64,000 nucleotides of DNA from Dimorphilus gyrociliatus (lineage: Eukaryota; Animalia; Annelida): NCBI GenBank assembly GCA_904063045.1, contig CAJFCJ010000015.1, forward strand, positions 930,001 to 994,000. Direction: 5' to 3'. The notes under the pieces are model-generated. The model had not been told where the DNA came from. It did no database searches and was given only the letters and a program-made list of their open reading frames with translations. The translations under genes and the position numbers were made by a program. Shown piece by piece: positions 62,468 through 64,000 of the stretch. Numbering within the stretch: position 1 is the stretch's first letter; every line of letters begins with the position of its first letter.

Positions 62468-62613
62468 AATAAAGAAATATTTTACTAAACTAATAAGTTC
62501 AACAACTCGGAGTAGAGAAAACTGGTTACAGAGTCAAGGAGAGAGTGTTTCGAAAGATTGCAGCAAGTTATTAACAAATTAATTCAAATTTCTACATAAG
62601 GAAAATTTTTGAA

Positions 62614-64000
62614 ATGTCTTTTCTCTGTGGAGTATGTGAAGGTAATATATTGGATTAAGTTTATCAGCAGGAACATTATTTAATCTTATACAATCACCTA
62701 CAATATTCAATAATCTGTGTGGTATCATTGTGTAGGCGAAATAATAATTGTTTACAATATAATTTAAGCATCAACTTCCCTCTTCTTGCAGTATTGCAGA
62801 ATAAAAATTTATAGTTACTTGTCTTTAAATATATACAAATAAATAATACAGCATTCTAGCCATATTTTTATCGTTTCAAGACATATTTTTTGTTTTGAAA
62901 GATAATTTAGTCAATTTATTGATTGCAGTCTTCGATCTCAGTTTGCTGCTAACGAAGTTGTATTTGTATTAAATTTAAAGGCCTTTTGTGTTTCAATGCT
63001 AATTTATTGATGCTCTGTTTTTTTTTTTAGAGAATTTTTTTTATATAATTATTAAATACAAACCATTTTCACATTTATAGGGTTTTATGGAAAACCATGG
63101 AGATCGGATCAAAGAAAATCTTTATTTGAACGGTAATGTATTGGAAAGCTAATCAAGTTTTTAGACTGTATAATTATAATATTTGATGTTTTTTTAGCAT
63201 GAACAAAATCGGACTTAATACTTATTTATACGCTCCAAAAGAAGATTTAAAGCATAGAGCTAATTGGAGGGAGTTATATACAACAGAAGAAAGCGGTTAG
63301 TTATATGGATTCTTCATTCTATTTCAATTAATAATAAAAACAAATGGTTTTTCTCTAATAGACGATTTAGCATCTTTAATCCAATATGCTCAGAAGAATA
63401 ATGTTAAATTTATATACGCTCTCTCTCCTGGATTAGACATCAGCTATAGTAATAATGAAGAATTAAACAAACTAAAAGCCAAACTACATCAAGTATGCTA
63501 TAAGAAATTTACATATTCTACTTGTTAATAAATAATTTTACCTCAAATACAGGTTTCTAAATTAGGATGTACAGCATTCGCATTATTATTTGATGATATA
63601 GAAACAAAGATGTTCCCTGAAGATGAAAATGAATTTGGAACTTTCGCCAAAGCCCAATGTCACATTACAAATGCAGCATATAGCGATCTTAAGGAATGCG
63701 ATCTGTTCATGTTCTGTCCAACAGGTAATTTTTACTTTTTTTAATGTAATATCTTAGAATTTACATTGTTAATTGTTTTTACAGAATATTGCAGTACACG
63801 AGCTGATCCTGATGTGAAGAGCTCATTATATTTACAAACTATAGGTTCAAATTTAAACAACGATATTCTTATTTTATGGACCGGGCCTAAAGTTGTATCC
63901 AAGTATATTACTGTGGATAACATAATAGAGGTGAGATAAATGTAAACAAATATGTTAGCAAAATGTTTTTATCATTATCATTTAGCTACAAGAACAAATT
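62614..64000 (+). CDS. OGA: Protein O-GlcNAcase (GH84), runs off the window end
   Basis: [10 protein letters not shown] / FYGKPW...LFER / [22 protein letters not shown] / [11 protein letters not shown] / FALLFDDIE (catalytic Asp-Asp) / FCPTEYC / [10 protein letters not shown]. Confidence 0.95.

Noticed and set aside
1-64000. Transposons, tRNA/rRNA genes, viral inserts
   Set aside because: I recognised no transposase, RT or integrase motifs, terminal repeats, tRNA A/B boxes or rRNA sequence by eye. tRNAscan-SE, Infernal and RepeatMasker would be needed to exclude them.

Overview
AT-rich, very gene-dense animal genomic DNA with many 50-100 nt GT-AG introns. My inference is a compact lophotrochozoan genome; the style resembles the miniature annelid Dimorphilus, but I cannot confirm this. 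Genes in order: three universal stress protein (USP) paralogues, ZFYVE21, a ZAD-like/C2H2 zinc-finger gene, a secreted-type Kelch-repeat membrane protein, an intronless Ig/ephrin-receptor-like-repeat membrane protein (ZPBP-like), an orphan ORF, ZW10, a KIF16B-like kinesin-3, cyclin K, DNAJC7, a small single-pass membrane ORF, two FMRFamide-receptor-like GPCRs, METTL9, the divergent PPAT/PAICS pair, APEX1, a ROS1/sevenless receptor tyrosine kinase, TMEM258, CCT2, TEX261 and the 5' part of O-GlcNAcase. Gene models were spliced by hand. The top observation is that the 19 kinesin exons run in frame, through a canonical 60-nt intron with no AATAAA, into the single large ZW10 exon. This predicts either a kinesin-3::ZW10 fusion protein that has ZW10 where the PX domain normally sits, or a very tight dicistronic unit. 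I recognised no tRNA, rRNA, CRISPR array or intact transposon.
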